The notes: generated by a model not told the origin, from the letters alone. Shown: positions 12,248 through 25,714, counted from the first letter of the stretch. The stretch: DNA of 64,000 bases from Octopus bimaculoides (GCF_001194135.2 NC_068990.1:38128022-38192021); one strand, 5' to 3'. A program made the numbers and translations.

Positions 12248-13790
12248 ATAGGAACATTGACAGATTAAGGTGTAACAAAATATTTAGAGATCTTCACACA
12301 GATTGCAAAAATTACGCACATACTACTTTATATGTATTTTAAAGTTTGTATATAATTTAGAATGCAAAGCGTGTGAAGGATTAGAAGTGTCTGTCTGTCT
12401 GTCTGTCTAACATTCTGTCCTTGCGTCTGTGTCACTATATAAAAATAGTCGTACACATAATAATAGTAATAGTAATGAAATTATTGTATTCCTAGCTCAA
12501 ATACATACACACACATCTATGCATACACATACACACCGATATTTGTATAGATATGTATACATACGTGCGCAATAAAGTATATATATGTGTACGTGCGTGT
12601 GTGCGTGTGTGTTCGCGTGAGTGTGTATGTACATACATATATTTAAGTATGTACATATATATATATATATATGTGTGTGCGCATCTGTGTGTGTGACTGT
12701 TTATGATAATGCTCTTGTATATTTGCGTATGTCTGCACACAGTATATAAGTGTGTATGTCTGCGTGCAGTATATAAGTTGCTTCTAATCTCATGGATTCA
12801 AATAAAAATCTTCTTTAATCACAGCTTTATATTAATGTGTTCTGATAAACACAAGCCATTTAAAAAGATGGGGGCCGCTGTCAGATCAAACAATGAAACC
12901 ATAACACAGAGACAGAACTGCGAAACAATTCGACGTGCACACAATCGTATGAAATGATAAATTTATTTATATTTTGAAATAGATGTGGCATAGTAATCTT
13001 TTGCTGGTTTATTTAAGATAATGTTAATGTTGCAAAAATACCAATGTCACAGAAGCTCTGTAGTTCATTTGGTTCATTGTAAGGGCCAGTTATTTTCTCT
13101 CTTCAGTCTCCCGTTGTGAAGATGGGCGATATAACTGTTCTTGAATATCTATTACAGATAACATTTATATTTGATCTGGTCGATCATATTCTCGAGAAAT
13201 GGTGATCTAGGATAATATATAATACAATGTTCTGACTGGAAATAAATACCAACAAAACCATTGACCGAGTCTATGCACAAACTCACTGGACTCGCTAGAC
13301 ATATCACTCACATATCTATCAAATCAGACCCTGATCTCTAAAGACGGATGTTTTGCGTAACGTATGGACTTTTCAGATAAATGCAGGATAATTATAGTAA
13401 CACATAAAATCTCTTTGAAAATAATCTCTTCTATGAGACTCAGAGCTTAGCAACAACTAAATATAAGATGGTACAAATTTTAATCCAACTTGGTTATATG
13501 TTATAGATTTAATTTTATAAATGAGCTAAGTCCAGTCCTAGTTGCCTGCACTTATAATATATTCCATCATTATGAGACGTTCAGTATAGTCAACATTTGC
13601 TAACAGACGAGAGTGCAGCCATATATTTAATAGTCTTGCAAGAAATAGCATTTACAATTCCATCAATTATTAACATAATATTTTAGAAAAAAGGAGAATA
13701 TAATATGTCCTAGATACTTATTTTCTGAGCAAATAAAAGACAGAATGATCATAGCTGAAACACATGCGTGTATTGACAAGTGGTGATACA

Positions 13791-13865
<75 letters not shown>

Positions 13866-14859
13866 TTATATTTCAAGTAATTATTAACTTATATATGTAT
13901 GATGTTCAGGTCCTGATTGGCTACATACTAAAAGACATCGCTTGCTTTTGACCGTCTTTGGTCCGACGAGCTGAGGTTTGCCTGCCGTCTGTGGACGTGG
14001 TTTGTTAATCAAATGTCTTGGTCACTTGTTTTTGACTGACAGCAACCTAGCCTTCCCGTTGACTGAAGACATAATAGCATCACGGCGATGTTTTGGCCCC
14101 AGTGTTTTAAGTAAAATCATAATCCAATTTTTCAATCCTAGACGTCAGCAAATAATGTCGAAAACTATAATTACGCAATGGTTTGAAGTTAGGAAGTCGC
14201 ATCCCATAAGAAACTCGTTACCTCAAATTTTCTTTTCTTTTATTATTTTTGAGCCTTCTAGTGTTTTCGTTAAGTCGAATATACTGTTTTCTTATTCTAT
14301 CGCATTGTTATAAAATATTTAGTTTTGGCATATATTTCTTAATAAGCATGTTTTCCTTCTTTAATCAGAATTGGAATGAAGTGTTCCCAATATATTGATA
14401 TAAAGGAAAAAAATTGGCATTTGTGATATTTCTTTGTTGAACACAGATCCAGATGCCTACCAACTAGTATTTTTCTGGTACCAAAATCTCCTGCCTGTCA
14501 ATCGGCATTCTGTACGTCAGATTTAATTGCATTTAATCTATTTACTTTTCATGATACCCATTTCATTTGATAGCATAAATTTAATCAATTGATGCATACA
14601 TGGCATGAGATTTTATGGCAAATGATTGTCACGTGTTAAATTCATATGTAGCTCTCAATAAGCTTGATGCATAGTCCACAATTATGGTGGTTACATTTCC
14701 TTTCTTTTTTGTCTATCGGACATGTATTATTGGCGGGTAATTTGGCGTTAGTAAGCAAATTCTTTTAAAAGATTTTAATTTTATCACTTTGGAGTGGGTT
14801 TTTTTTTTATTCTCGAGTCGTTCACCAAAAATCCAATATGATAATGATGGATGATGTTG

Positions 14860-15207
14860 CATTCCTCTGAACATCTTGAATTGCAAGTCGATATATGAAA
14901 TAAAGTAGTGAGGGTATCAGTGATGTTTGCTACTTTTCGTAATTCTTGGATATTTATCAATTCTGGAAATTCTGTTCCGTTATTGATTAAAGTTAGTGTC
15001 TTGCAAATAATATATTCTACGTATTTCATAGATTTCTTCCTTCCGACTCTCGGAATCGGATACAATTGTATACGTTCTGAAAGGTTTATTTATTTTCGAA
15101 TGTTTTGGATGGCAGGTAACATAACAGATAAAAATTTTACTTTTTTGGCTTAAAGTAGATATCGTTTTCAATGGTTGTATTTCATTTTATGATAAAGGTG
15201 TCCAAAA
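14860..15207 (-). mobile_element. Penelope-like element RT thumb fragment
   Basis: FLDTFIIK*NTTIENDIYFKP, TCHPKHSKINKPF..TIVSDSE, LINNG...INIQELRKV; matches the PLE motifs FLD..TDIYxKPT and SCHPxH. Confidence 0.85.
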
Positions 15208-15614
15208 GAGTAGTTTAAATATATATCATTCTACTGTAAATTTGATAGTGTGGTTTCTGTTATTAAGGTTTTATATTCATAAAGATGATCCATAATGTGT
15301 GCAAACAAATCTCTGGGTAGTATTTCCCTCTTGGCGAATTGGCATTTATGGAATCTATTGCTGAAAGCTTAATCAGATGTGATCATGTATTTAAACTTCG
15401 AAGTGTGCCCCGAAAAGTTTAGCCATCGACCCTGCAGATGTCGTTGAACTTAGAAAAAAAAATATTTTGTGGTATAAAATGTATTTGTTCAAAGAAAATT
15501 CTTTTCTACTCATCAAATGGAAATACTTCTTGGGCGATTGTTTTAACCTGTCATAAGTGAATTTTCAACTCCCCAAACAATTTCCTTGTATTTCTACTTG
15601 TGTAGAATTGAACC

Positions 15615-15640
15615 TCTCTCTCACTCTCTCTCTCTCACGC

Positions 15641-15736
<96 letters not shown>

Positions 15737-15760
15737 GATAGATAGATAGATAGATAGATA
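15615..15760. repeat. (CT)n-(ATCT)n-(AGAT)n microsatellite with a palindromic junction
   Basis: The ATCT run switches to its complement AGAT at ctag 15734-15737. Confidence 0.95.
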
Positions 15761-15920
15761 CTGGTGTATTTATGTCCCCGTAAATTAGCAGTTTGGCAAA
15801 AGTGACCGATAGAATAAGTATTAGGATTACAAGGAATAAGTCCTGAGGCCGATGTATTCGACTAAAAGGCGCTGCTCCAGCATGGCTGCAGTCAAATGAC
15901 TGAAACAAATAAAAGAAAAA
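15761..15920 (+). mobile_element. 3' half of octopod tRNA-SINE (type A)
   Basis: ctggtgtatttatgtccccg...gaccgatagaataagta...ccagcatggctgcagtcaaatgactgaaacaaataaaag; homologous to 53232-53420. Confidence 0.9.
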
Positions 15921-16354
15921 ATGAAAGAATATATATTGACATAAAGTAAAGATTATTTGCCAACATAATGTGGCAGTCCTGGTTTGGATGAATGTTACTG
16001 TTGTTTACAAACATTATATACATATATACATATAAATATGTAGATAGAGAGAGACAGACTGACACACAGACGGATATATAATTTTCTTACAGGCATCAAC
16101 TATCCACGAAACTTTATGCAAAACATGTTAGATTAAAATACTGTATATTGATTTTGTTTCAGTATATCCATATATAGTTCAAATACATTTGCGTGAATTC
16201 ATATCATATCACGACAATTCACTCCGGCAAATATCCATGGAAATATCGTTAAGGTATATTTTATTTAAAGCACAACTATGTTCAAGTCACATTTTAAAAC
16301 TAAGTGTGAAAGAAAAAGCTGTTGTCTATTTACATACACTCAGAAACACACATA

Positions 16355-16394
<40 letters not shown>

Positions 16395-16689
16395 TACACA
16401 AACACGGATTTATGCACGCATATACACACACAGAGACGCAGGGACGCGCACACACATACGCACAGAAATACATTCGTAGAGACACACAAACATGAATACG
16501 CACACACCCTGGTACCCAAGTACAATTATTTCTTAGCCTTTAGCGATACCAGCAAGAAAGGATGTTGCTGGTAAATGAGTGGGAACGTAACCGGTGAGTG
16601 TGTTAAATACTAAAGCACTAAAAGAGAATGAATCTCCTCATATATACATATAGTTTTGTGTCTGGGAGAGTCAACCAAGAAAGAGAGAA

Positions 16690-16980
16690 ACAATTTCAAA
16701 GGTCAATGTTCATATTCATTCTATATATTTCAAGGCGTCGGAATACTCTACAGCATACACAGGTGAATTCATATTCACAAGATATAATATAAAGATTTAT
16801 AAATATATAAATACGTAAATGTACTTGCGAGCTTGTGTGTCCGTATTAAAATCAATGAGATATTAAAAATATGCGGATAGTGAATGTAAATAGATGAAAA
16901 AGAAAACGATTTAAAAAGGTATCTTGAGCAGGTGCAAAGTCTGATGGTCGTTTCGAGAAGATATAGGTTGGCATAAGCGA
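16690..16980 (-). mobile_element. Interspersed repeat, copy 1 (probable Penelope-like terminus)
   Basis: Collinear with 60590-60885 (acaatttcaaag..., ggaatact..cagcatac, gtccgtattaaaatcaatg, atgcgga, ggtgcaaagt..tttcgagaa). The minus strand has a GAAAC-GACC-ATC half-hammerhead. Confidence 0.75.
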
Positions 16981-17011
16981 GTTAATTCCATATATATATT
17001 CGAGTTAATTT

Positions 17012-17042
<31 letters not shown>

Positions 17043-17058
17043 TACACACACACACACA

Positions 17059-17096
<38 letters not shown>

Positions 17097-17145
17097 AACA
17101 TACATATATATATGGCAAGTGTCATACATACATACATATATATAT

Positions 17146-17232
17146 TGGGCAAGTGTCTTCTACTATAGCGTAGCGCCAACCAAAACCTTGTGAGTGGATT
17201 TGGTAGAGAGAAACTGAAAGAAACCCGTCGTA
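17146..17232 (+). mobile_element. Core segment of octopod tRNA-SINE (type A)
   Basis: ttgggcaagtgtcttctactatag...ccttgtgagtggatttggtagagagaaactgaaagaaacccgtcgtatata; runs into (TA)n and gap 17247-17762. Confidence 0.9.
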
Positions 17233-17939
17233 TATATGTATATATANNNNNNNNNNNNNNNNNNNNNNNNNNNNNNNNNNNNNNNNNNNNNNNNNNNNNN
17301 NNNNNNNNNNNNNNNNNNNNNNNNNNNNNNNNNNNNNNNNNNNNNNNNNNNNNNNNNNNNNNNNNNNNNNNNNNNNNNNNNNNNNNNNNNNNNNNNNNNN
17401 NNNNNNNNNNNNNNNNNNNNNNNNNNNNNNNNNNNNNNNNNNNNNNNNNNNNNNNNNNNNNNNNNNNNNNNNNNNNNNNNNNNNNNNNNNNNNNNNNNNN
17501 NNNNNNNNNNNNNNNNNNNNNNNNNNNNNNNNNNNNNNNNNNNNNNNNNNNNNNNNNNNNNNNNNNNNNNNNNNNNNNNNNNNNNNNNNNNNNNNNNNNN
17601 NNNNNNNNNNNNNNNNNNNNNNNNNNNNNNNNNNNNNNNNNNNNNNNNNNNNNNNNNNNNNNNNNNNNNNNNNNNNNNNNNNNNNNNNNNNNNNNNNNNN
17701 NNNNNNNNNNNNNNNNNNNNNNNNNNNNNNNNNNNNNNNNNNNNNNNNNNNNNNNNNNNNNNACACACACACATAAACGCATGCACACGCACACGCACAA
17801 GTAGAATTCTAAACATAATTCATCTTTCCTCCTGATTCTGTTTTCAATTCTTTTTTTTTTTTTGTGAAAAATTTGTTGTAGCTGTGTTTGTAGTTGTTGT
17901 TGCCTTTATTGCCTGATGTCGTTATGTATGTTTGTTATT

Positions 17940-17952
17940 TTTGCTATAGATT

Positions 17953-17983
<31 letters not shown>

Positions 17984-18175
17984 ACAACCTTGCCCTCGTC
18001 ATCATTTTCATCATCATCATTTTCGTCATCTTCATCATCATCGCCATCATCCTCTTCGTCATCGTCATCATTATCGTTGTGACCATCATCGTCATTGTCA
18101 TCATCATCATCATCATCATCATCCTCATAATCATCAGCAGCAGCAGTAGCAGCAGCAGCAGTGGCAGCAGCAGCA
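17940..18175. repeat. Degenerate (CAT)n-(CAG)n array
   Basis: Read directly; produces the poly-H/S/M pseudo-ORFs. Confidence 0.9.
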
Positions 18176-18408
18176 TATTAAAAAAAAACATGTCTATCAA
18201 CTCAAACAAGTTTTAATATTTTCTTGGCATATTTTATAGTACGTTGCCTCATTTCAGATTTTTTATGTGATCGCGTATTTGTAAATTCATACATACATAT
18301 AACATATGTGTCTGTGTACTTGTGCGTCCTTGTATGTAAGTATATGTCTATATGCGTATGAATATTGAATGTGTGAATGTCCATATATATAAATATATTC
18401 TTTTTAAA

Positions 18409-18477
<69 letters not shown>

Positions 18478-19042
18478 CATAATATGTCTGTGTTTATGTG
18501 TGTAAATTTATATATGTATATGTATATAGATATTAATTATATATTTTCGATTTCATTTCTTCATCAGTTTTATTTACCTGCAAGTATATTTTTTATGGCC
18601 ATTTATTTTCTTCGTGATATTTTTTCTTTCGCATATTTTTTCAATAAAAAAAGATTGGATTTTGCTTATAAAATCATAAATCGATAAAAAGAAAAAAAAC
18701 ATCCCATCAAATTTAATCTTGTTTAATTCTACTTTTTATACCATTTTGTTTTTCATGGAGAATTTCTCTGTGAAATAGCTTGTTTTACTTGTTTTGGGTT
18801 GAGGATCATGATAGTGACGCTTCTGTTCTTGCTAGATTTTTGAGATTTTTTCATGGTCAGGTAATATTGTGGCAGTCATTGGAATTGCGTATTGTATATA
18901 TTATATTGCTTTGTTTTGCTAGTGTTTTCATTTTCTTTGTTCTTTTTTCTTTCAAAATTTACCGTAAAATCAAATCCTGCATCATGTAGATAAGCCCTGC
19001 TGATTTCATACAAATGAAGTTGAATTTATGCAGACACACACA

Positions 19043-19081
<39 letters not shown>

Positions 19082-21267
19082 GCACAAATATACATGTATC
19101 AATAGGTAAACTATTGCTTACGAATGATATATGATATATGAATGATATATATTGTAAGCGAACGCATTCGTTATTATACATATACACGAACATACAAAGC
19201 TGTCCCAGTGCTCACAAAATGTAAAATTATAAAGTAGATTGTCAATACACACACACACTTGTACATATACACACACTCTTATACATATACGCACACACCC
19301 AAGTATGTAAAATCAGTAGGAATATGCATCTCTGTATGGTTATGTATATATGTGCATGCATGAAAATACTTCATGATTTTCAGAATACCGATGTGTTTCA
19401 CAACAGATATTCAATTTACCAATATTTTTACGAACCTTTTTATTTTTGTTCTTTTTCAGAAATTGAATCAATATTTTTCAGGATGATTCTGTAATATCCA
19501 CTATTTCATGAGATGATATATTGACCATTGTGTCATATTCTCATGACGCAATAACATTTCACATCATTGGTTGTGTTATTGTTAGCAACCTTTCAATGCA
19601 TGGCAAACATTTGTCACACGATGTAATCTTGATACAGATTAACTTATTTCGTTTTCAAATAGTATTATATAAAATTTGTTTTTTTTTTGTTTATAATTAG
19701 GAGTATGAAAACCTTTCTCAGGTATTATGTTTTGACCTATATTTTTACCATATCAGATTTTTTAATACCTATTATTCGCTTCTAGTTAACGTTTCTCTTC
19801 CTCCCCTACATGGAAATTGCATCCCATAATAATTCATCAAGTATGTAGAATGCATGACAAAGTATACAAAACCGTACACCTTTACATATACTGGAGTCCT
19901 CAGCTAAGGAATGCCGGGACTCCACCTATGAGCCTAAACCAACTTATATATATAGCACTTCAACCCCAGCAAAAACACATTATGCCACAGAAAAACTGAA
20001 TTCTATATGTTTTAGAGCCTAGGCATTGTAGAAAAAGGGTAACGTCACACATCTGAGACTAGCATGCCTCTGAATTTACCAAAAGCCTGTTCATGGTGTT
20101 ATAGGGGGTTATAGATTTAGTCTACCATTTATATTTATACATGCATTTTCATTGTATGCATTTGTGCCATGGAAATTACTTTCAATTTCTGCCTAGCTAT
20201 CTTAGAATTCAATTATGGTTGCAATTTCTTAAAGATAGTTTATCTTTTGTACTTTAAAGAATGTATAAAATTCTTGTTTTCCTTTTAGTGTGATATTTTT
20301 GATGGTTAATTTACTGCTCTTCCTATAATTATGTTACAATGTCCATTTATTGGTAGATGGGAATTAATATAATAAAGTATTTTCTTTTCAAGATTCTCTC
20401 AGATTATTTAATAGATTTATCGAATAAACTATCTCCCTTTTAAATAAGGATACTACAATCTATAGTACCAAAGATGTTATATGATTTAAAATCACAAGAT
20501 CTAAATGTTTCTGGAAACGTTAACTTCGAATGATTCTCAGTCAGTCCAAGGAGATTTTAGAACTGGACTAAGTAGCTGAATTTAAAAACGTTTACTCCAC
20601 ATCTAAACATCAACCATATTGATGATTCGACACATCGAATTGAAAAGAGATTGAAAAATTGGATATTATGTCTTGCGAAGTTTTTTCCAGCTCTCCTCAC
20701 TCAGTTAAACTACTACTACAGTCAGTATTTCCATTCACCTTTCTTGTTTCCAGTGTCAATAAAGGAAATGTCAGTCCAGTATAGAAGTTTATTCTACCTT
20801 CTCTTTCTTTCTGGATTGCACCTGCAATTCAAAGGTCCAATCTTACCGTGTTATTTAGATTTGGCCAGAGAATAAAATTATGTATATACGTGTCTAGAAT
20901 TCTCAGCTACTTATACGTTAATTTCACTAGCTAATTTCACCAGTCGATCGAACCATTGGTGATTCCCACAATTCCACTGAGTATACATGATGTAGTTTAT
21001 CTTGAGTTAGAAAAGGAAATCCTTGTGTAGTGTATCTAGAATATATCAGAACCTGGATTAAATACCGAATTCAATTTCTATCCTATAAAACTCAAAGCAA
21101 TCAGACAACTTCTATGAGGTTGCTCAACTGCAAAAATTGGAACTTTGACGTCTTAATGTACACATTAAACACAATTTCTAAAATATGCACAATTTCTTGA
21201 AATATGACATGATGGTTATAGCCAGAAACCTACGACACAAAGATCAGAGATCAAAGATTTTGCAATA

Positions 21268-21496
21268 GTGTAGCTTGCCAGTGAAGCTAGATTGACTGAT
21301 AACACTATAAGTTTGTCTTGTAAAAAGCTTCTTAATCTGCATAATTTAACATCAGCCAAACATTTCCTTGAATATTTCTTACCATCATCTTCAATATGGA
21401 GTTACATATTTCTAAGTCATTTGAGTTCTTCAGATCCAAATCCTCGCCGTAAGAAAATTTTTCTAACATTACAATACAAAAAAGAAATAAAAGAAC
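21268..21496 (-). repeat. Local duplication, copy 1, containing an exon-like cassette (21383-21462)
   Basis: Homologous to 23245-23457. ttag|AA AAA TTT TCT TAC...ATG ATG|gtaaga is open as an 80-nt phase 1-0 exon, KFSYGEDLDLKNSNDLEICNSILKMM. Confidence 0.9.
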
Positions 21497-23244
21497 ATCA
21501 TTTCATTTTCGAGAACATTTGTGGCTGCACTCTGGTGCCAGAGATATAAGCAAATTGTAATAAGGATTAACTAATTGATAAGAGAGATCACATTCTGTCA
21601 GCTAGAGAATTGTGATAAAGTGGAAGTCATCGAAAGAACATTGACAAACGGCTAGCACTGGAAAAATTATATTTTATTGAGTGACTCTTAATCAGAATAT
21701 TACTTGCAGCAACTTCGAGTCAATATGCATTTTGTTTTATGTTTTGTTTACAGATAAGACATGTAGATGAAGGAATTAGAAGTCGTTATATTAATAATTT
21801 TTGCAAAGATATTAGCAAATATTTCTGTTTGAAACGCACATTTAAAAACACTAATGCTTGTATCCTGCAGTCCACAGTAACACGTAAATATTGTTTCTCT
21901 CTGTGAACGTTCAGTAAAACATAAATAATGCTTGTAGACGTATGTCTATTACACTAAGACATAAATGATGTTTGAATCAATGAATCACATAATCTATAGT
22001 AACACATAAATGGTGTCTGTATTATGATGTTTGTATCATATGTTTGTATCTATGAGTCAGCAGTAAAATATAATACTAGGGAATGAACTAACAGCGAAGT
22101 ATTTACACAGTCATCAGATCTACTGCAATTAGAAGCCAAGATTTATCGAATAAAACATTGGATGCCATATGTTTGAAAATAAAAATAATGATGGCCACAA
22201 TTTAAACGATTTGCATTTCTACTGGATCGCAGCTGTCCAGGGACTAAACATCAAATCAAACAAGAACACAACTATCACCACTCCCGGCACAAACACCACC
22301 ACTATCAACACAACAACAATCAAAAACAACTACTACTACTACCATGACGACGACGATGACCACCACCACCACCACTACCACCACCACCACCACTACTACT
22401 ACTACTANNNNNNNNNNNNNNNNNNNNNNNNNNNNNNNNNNNNNNNNNNNNNNNNNNNNNNNNNNNNNNNNNNNNNNNNNNNNNNNNNNNNNNNNNNNNN
22501 NNNNNNNNNNNNNNNNNNNNNNNNNNNNNNNNNNNNNNNNNNNNNNNNNNNNNNNNNNNNNNNNNNNNNNNNNNNNNNNNNNNNNNNNNNNNNNNNNNNN
22601 NNNNNNNNNNNNNNNNNNNNNNNNNNNNNNNNNNNNNNNNNNNNNNNNNNNNNNNNNNNNNNNNNNNNNNNNNNNNNNACCCCACTACTACTACTACTAC
22701 TACCGTCCCCAAAACAAGAGCTCTAAGTTGTCGCAAGACCTGAGACTAGCAAACGCATCTTGAAATGGGGGGAACATTTCATTAATTAGTCTCAGATCTA
22801 CTATGTATGAAACGAAAAAAACTGGATGTTCATAGCTAAGGCTTGAATGCATTCGATAGTAAATTTGCTGAATCAGGGTCATTCTGAGCTAAAGGACAAC
22901 TGCATCAACAGCTACTAAAAATTAGACCCACTGCATTAGCAGGCAAGATATCTATTTCCCCTGAGATAAGAGGTCAATTTATAATCTGGTTTCTGTTCTC
23001 CAAACCCCCATTGATATGGAAGATAGAATTAAGAAATCTTCGAAATATTGGGACTTTTCAACTTCATATGAAATACACATCATTACCTCTGGTTCCTTAC
23101 ATACAGCAACACCACCAAAATTCATTTCTTTCTGCTAAATTTTCACTCTTTTATTTCTGCATTTATTCCCACCAAGTAAGGCATATTTCAATTGATTGTC
23201 GGACTCCCAATCATTCAGTCATTGCTTACATCCTCAGTTAGACA

Positions 23245-23457
23245 CTGTAGCTTACCAGTGAAGGTAGACTGACTGATATCACTATAAGTTTCTTAATCTG
23301 CATAATTTAACAGCAGCCAAACTTTTCTTTGAATATTTCTTACCATCTTCAATATGGAGTTACATATTTCTAAGTCATTTGAGTTCTTCAGATCCAAATC
23401 CTCGCCGTAAGAAATCTATTTGTCTAACATTAGAATAGAAAGAATAAATAGAAGAAC
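23245..23457 (-). repeat. Local duplication, copy 2
   Basis: Aligned by eye to 21268-21496: 71-nt identical core with substitutions and indels in both flanks. Confidence 0.9.
23344..23415 (-). CDS. Candidate 72-nt internal exon (phase 0-0), ISYGEDLDLKNSNDLEICNSILKM
   Basis: Pyrimidine tract, ttctaat branch-like motif, aaatag| acceptor and |gtaaga donor. Only one frame is open. The conserved core of the duplication coincides with this segment. Confidence 0.45.
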
Positions 23458-23926
23458 TACATCCTCTGTAACTACTGAAGTCTCGCCTACGTGAACAGGA
23501 GTATAATGATTGACCGATATATCAAAAAGAAAACCAACGCTCCATTCAAAGAACTTGTTTTTCTTGATGCGTTTTCTTATTTACTTTTTCTCCTACACAA
23601 ATATTATCGTGATTATATTCAAGGATACACGCGTTATAAAATTTCGTGGGTCAGCTTGCCATCAACCCCAACCCCCAGGCAAATGGAAGTTGTAGTGGTT
23701 GGATTTTGTCCTCACTTTAATCAAGGATGTTTCGCAGCTACTTCTTACAGGACATGGGTTCACTTTAAATCCACTATCGTTGTTTCATGGTGCATCTGTT
23801 GTCTTTTTTAGTTATTAGCTATCTGTCTCCCTAATTGAGATGCATGAGAAAAGCCCTACGCCTTCCATATTTTTAAGGATATACATACATATATACATAT
23901 ATGTATATACATACATACACACACAC

Positions 23927-24001
<75 letters not shown>

Positions 24002-24002
<1 letters not shown>

Positions 24003-24060
24003 TCTTTTACTCTTTTGCCTGTTTCAGTCATTTTGACTGCGGCCATGCTGGAGCACCGCC
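24002..24060 (-). mobile_element. 3' tip of octopod tRNA-SINE (type A)
   Basis: ctcttttactcttttgcctgtttcagtcattttgactgcggccatgctggagcaccgcc, near-identical to the tail of 53232-53646. Confidence 0.9.
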
Positions 24061-24511
24061 ATTATATATACATACAAACACACATACATATACATATACA
24101 TAAATATATANNNNNNNNNNNNNNNNNNNNNNNNNNNNNNNNNNNNNNNNNNNNNNNNNNNNNNNNNNNNNNNNNNNNNNNNNNNNNNNNNNNNNNNNNN
24201 NNNNNNNNNNNNNNNNNNNNNNNNNNNNNNNNNNNNNNNNNNNNNNNNNNNNNNNNNNNNNNNNNNNNNNNNNNNNNNNNNNNNNNNNNNNNNNNNNNNN
24301 NNNNNNNNNNNNNNNNNNNNNNNNNNNNNNNNNNNNNNNNNNNNNNNNNNNNNNNNNNNNNNNNNNNATATATATATATATATATATATATACAAACATA
24401 TATATACATACAGATACATATACAGACCCATGCATACATGCATACATACTTACATAAATATACATATATACGTGTGTATATATGCACACACATACATAAC
24501 AGAAGTAAATA

Positions 24512-25706
24512 GACCGCCCATAAAATATTGCTTTCTCTTTATTTTAACTTGAAGACGATTATATTTTTTATTAACGGACATTTTTATGTTTCAAGTTCTA
24601 TATGTGACTGTTTAATGATGCCACTTACAGAAGAAACCTTGGAATTGTCCAAGTTTCAAAGAGGCCGTATTTTGGGTCAATCTGATGGTGGACTTGGGAT
24701 CCCGCTTTCCACAGTTAATAGCGTGATTGTGCAATTCACAAGAGAGGAAAAAGATGAGTCCACATCACCTTGTCCAGGTCGACCAGGTCCCTCTGAAAGG
24801 ACCATTTGCTTTGTTAAGTGAAGTGGAGGATAGTCTTCATGGCAAAGCATCTGACATAGCAGAACAAGTTGATGTCAGTCCAAGATCAGCTGTCATGTAT
24901 CTCCTCAAACTTGGCTACTAAGGCAGAACAACAAAAAGAAACCCACTTCTTCAAACCACTCAATATAAAGTGGAGCAAATATTGGGCCAGTGAGATGATG
25001 GAGTGGCTGCTAACAGCTTGCGACACTATCATTTTCTCTAATGAGTCCAGATTACCTATATTTTCTCACATTGGTCGAGTGTGGGTCTGGAGACTCTGTG
25101 ATCAAGAAATTAAAAAGAAAAGATTGCACCTCAGCTTTTCTGTGATAGTCTGAGGTGCAATTTGGAGCAACGGTGGATCAGAGCTGGTGGAGTGTAATGG
25201 AAACATAAACTCAGATAAATATGTATCCATATTGCAGAAAGGACTCCATCCAATATTCTCCAAAGGTCAAATGATAAAAAAAAAACTGATTATTTATGGA
25301 AAACTGATTATTTATAACTGTTATAACTCCTTATAACTGTCAAACAGCTAAAAAGACCCAAGATTTGTTGGTTGTGAATGACATTAAAAAGCTTCCATGG
25401 CCAAGCAAATCATCAGATATAAATGCTATTGAAAACGTCTGGGGCATAACGGACAAAACACGTCGTAGAAAGAACAAGACAACATTCTCTAATCCGGATC
25501 ATTTGAGATTACTGCATGAAACTTGGCAAGAAATTCCTCAAGCAAATATTCGTCATCTGATCCGTAGCGTGCCTTATAGGATGCTTTTATTGAAAAATGC
25601 AAAGGACGTATCTACTAAATATTAGATATTCACATAATAATAATTGATAAATAGTTTGAAAGTATAATTTCAGATTTAAATACATTTTAATGATGATAAG
25701 GGTGTC
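24512..25706 (+). mobile_element. Decayed Tc1-family DNA transposon (transposase pseudogene ~24620-25625)
   Basis: [23 protein letters not shown] (FSDES), GRVWVWR, V*GAIW (VWGAI), LPWPSKSSDINAIENVWG (WPSQSPDLNPIENxW) and TKY*; multiple stops and frameshifts. Probable degraded TA|gac..gtc|TA ends, so the boundaries are tentative. Confidence 0.9.
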
Positions 25707-25714
25707 TATTTACT

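Noticed and set aside
17894-18209. His-rich and Ser-rich ORFs suggesting a metal-binding protein
   Set aside because: Degenerate CAT repeat, open in several frames on both strands.
18780-18860. Plus-strand exon candidates here and at ~29478-29547 and ~41512-41560
   Set aside because: Short GT-AG open segments are expected by chance at this base composition; no homology or conservation support.
21386-21456. C/D snoRNA or pre-miRNA reading of the duplicated core
   Set aside because: No properly placed RUGAUGA/CUGA boxes, and pairing does not extend beyond the 9-bp terminal stem.
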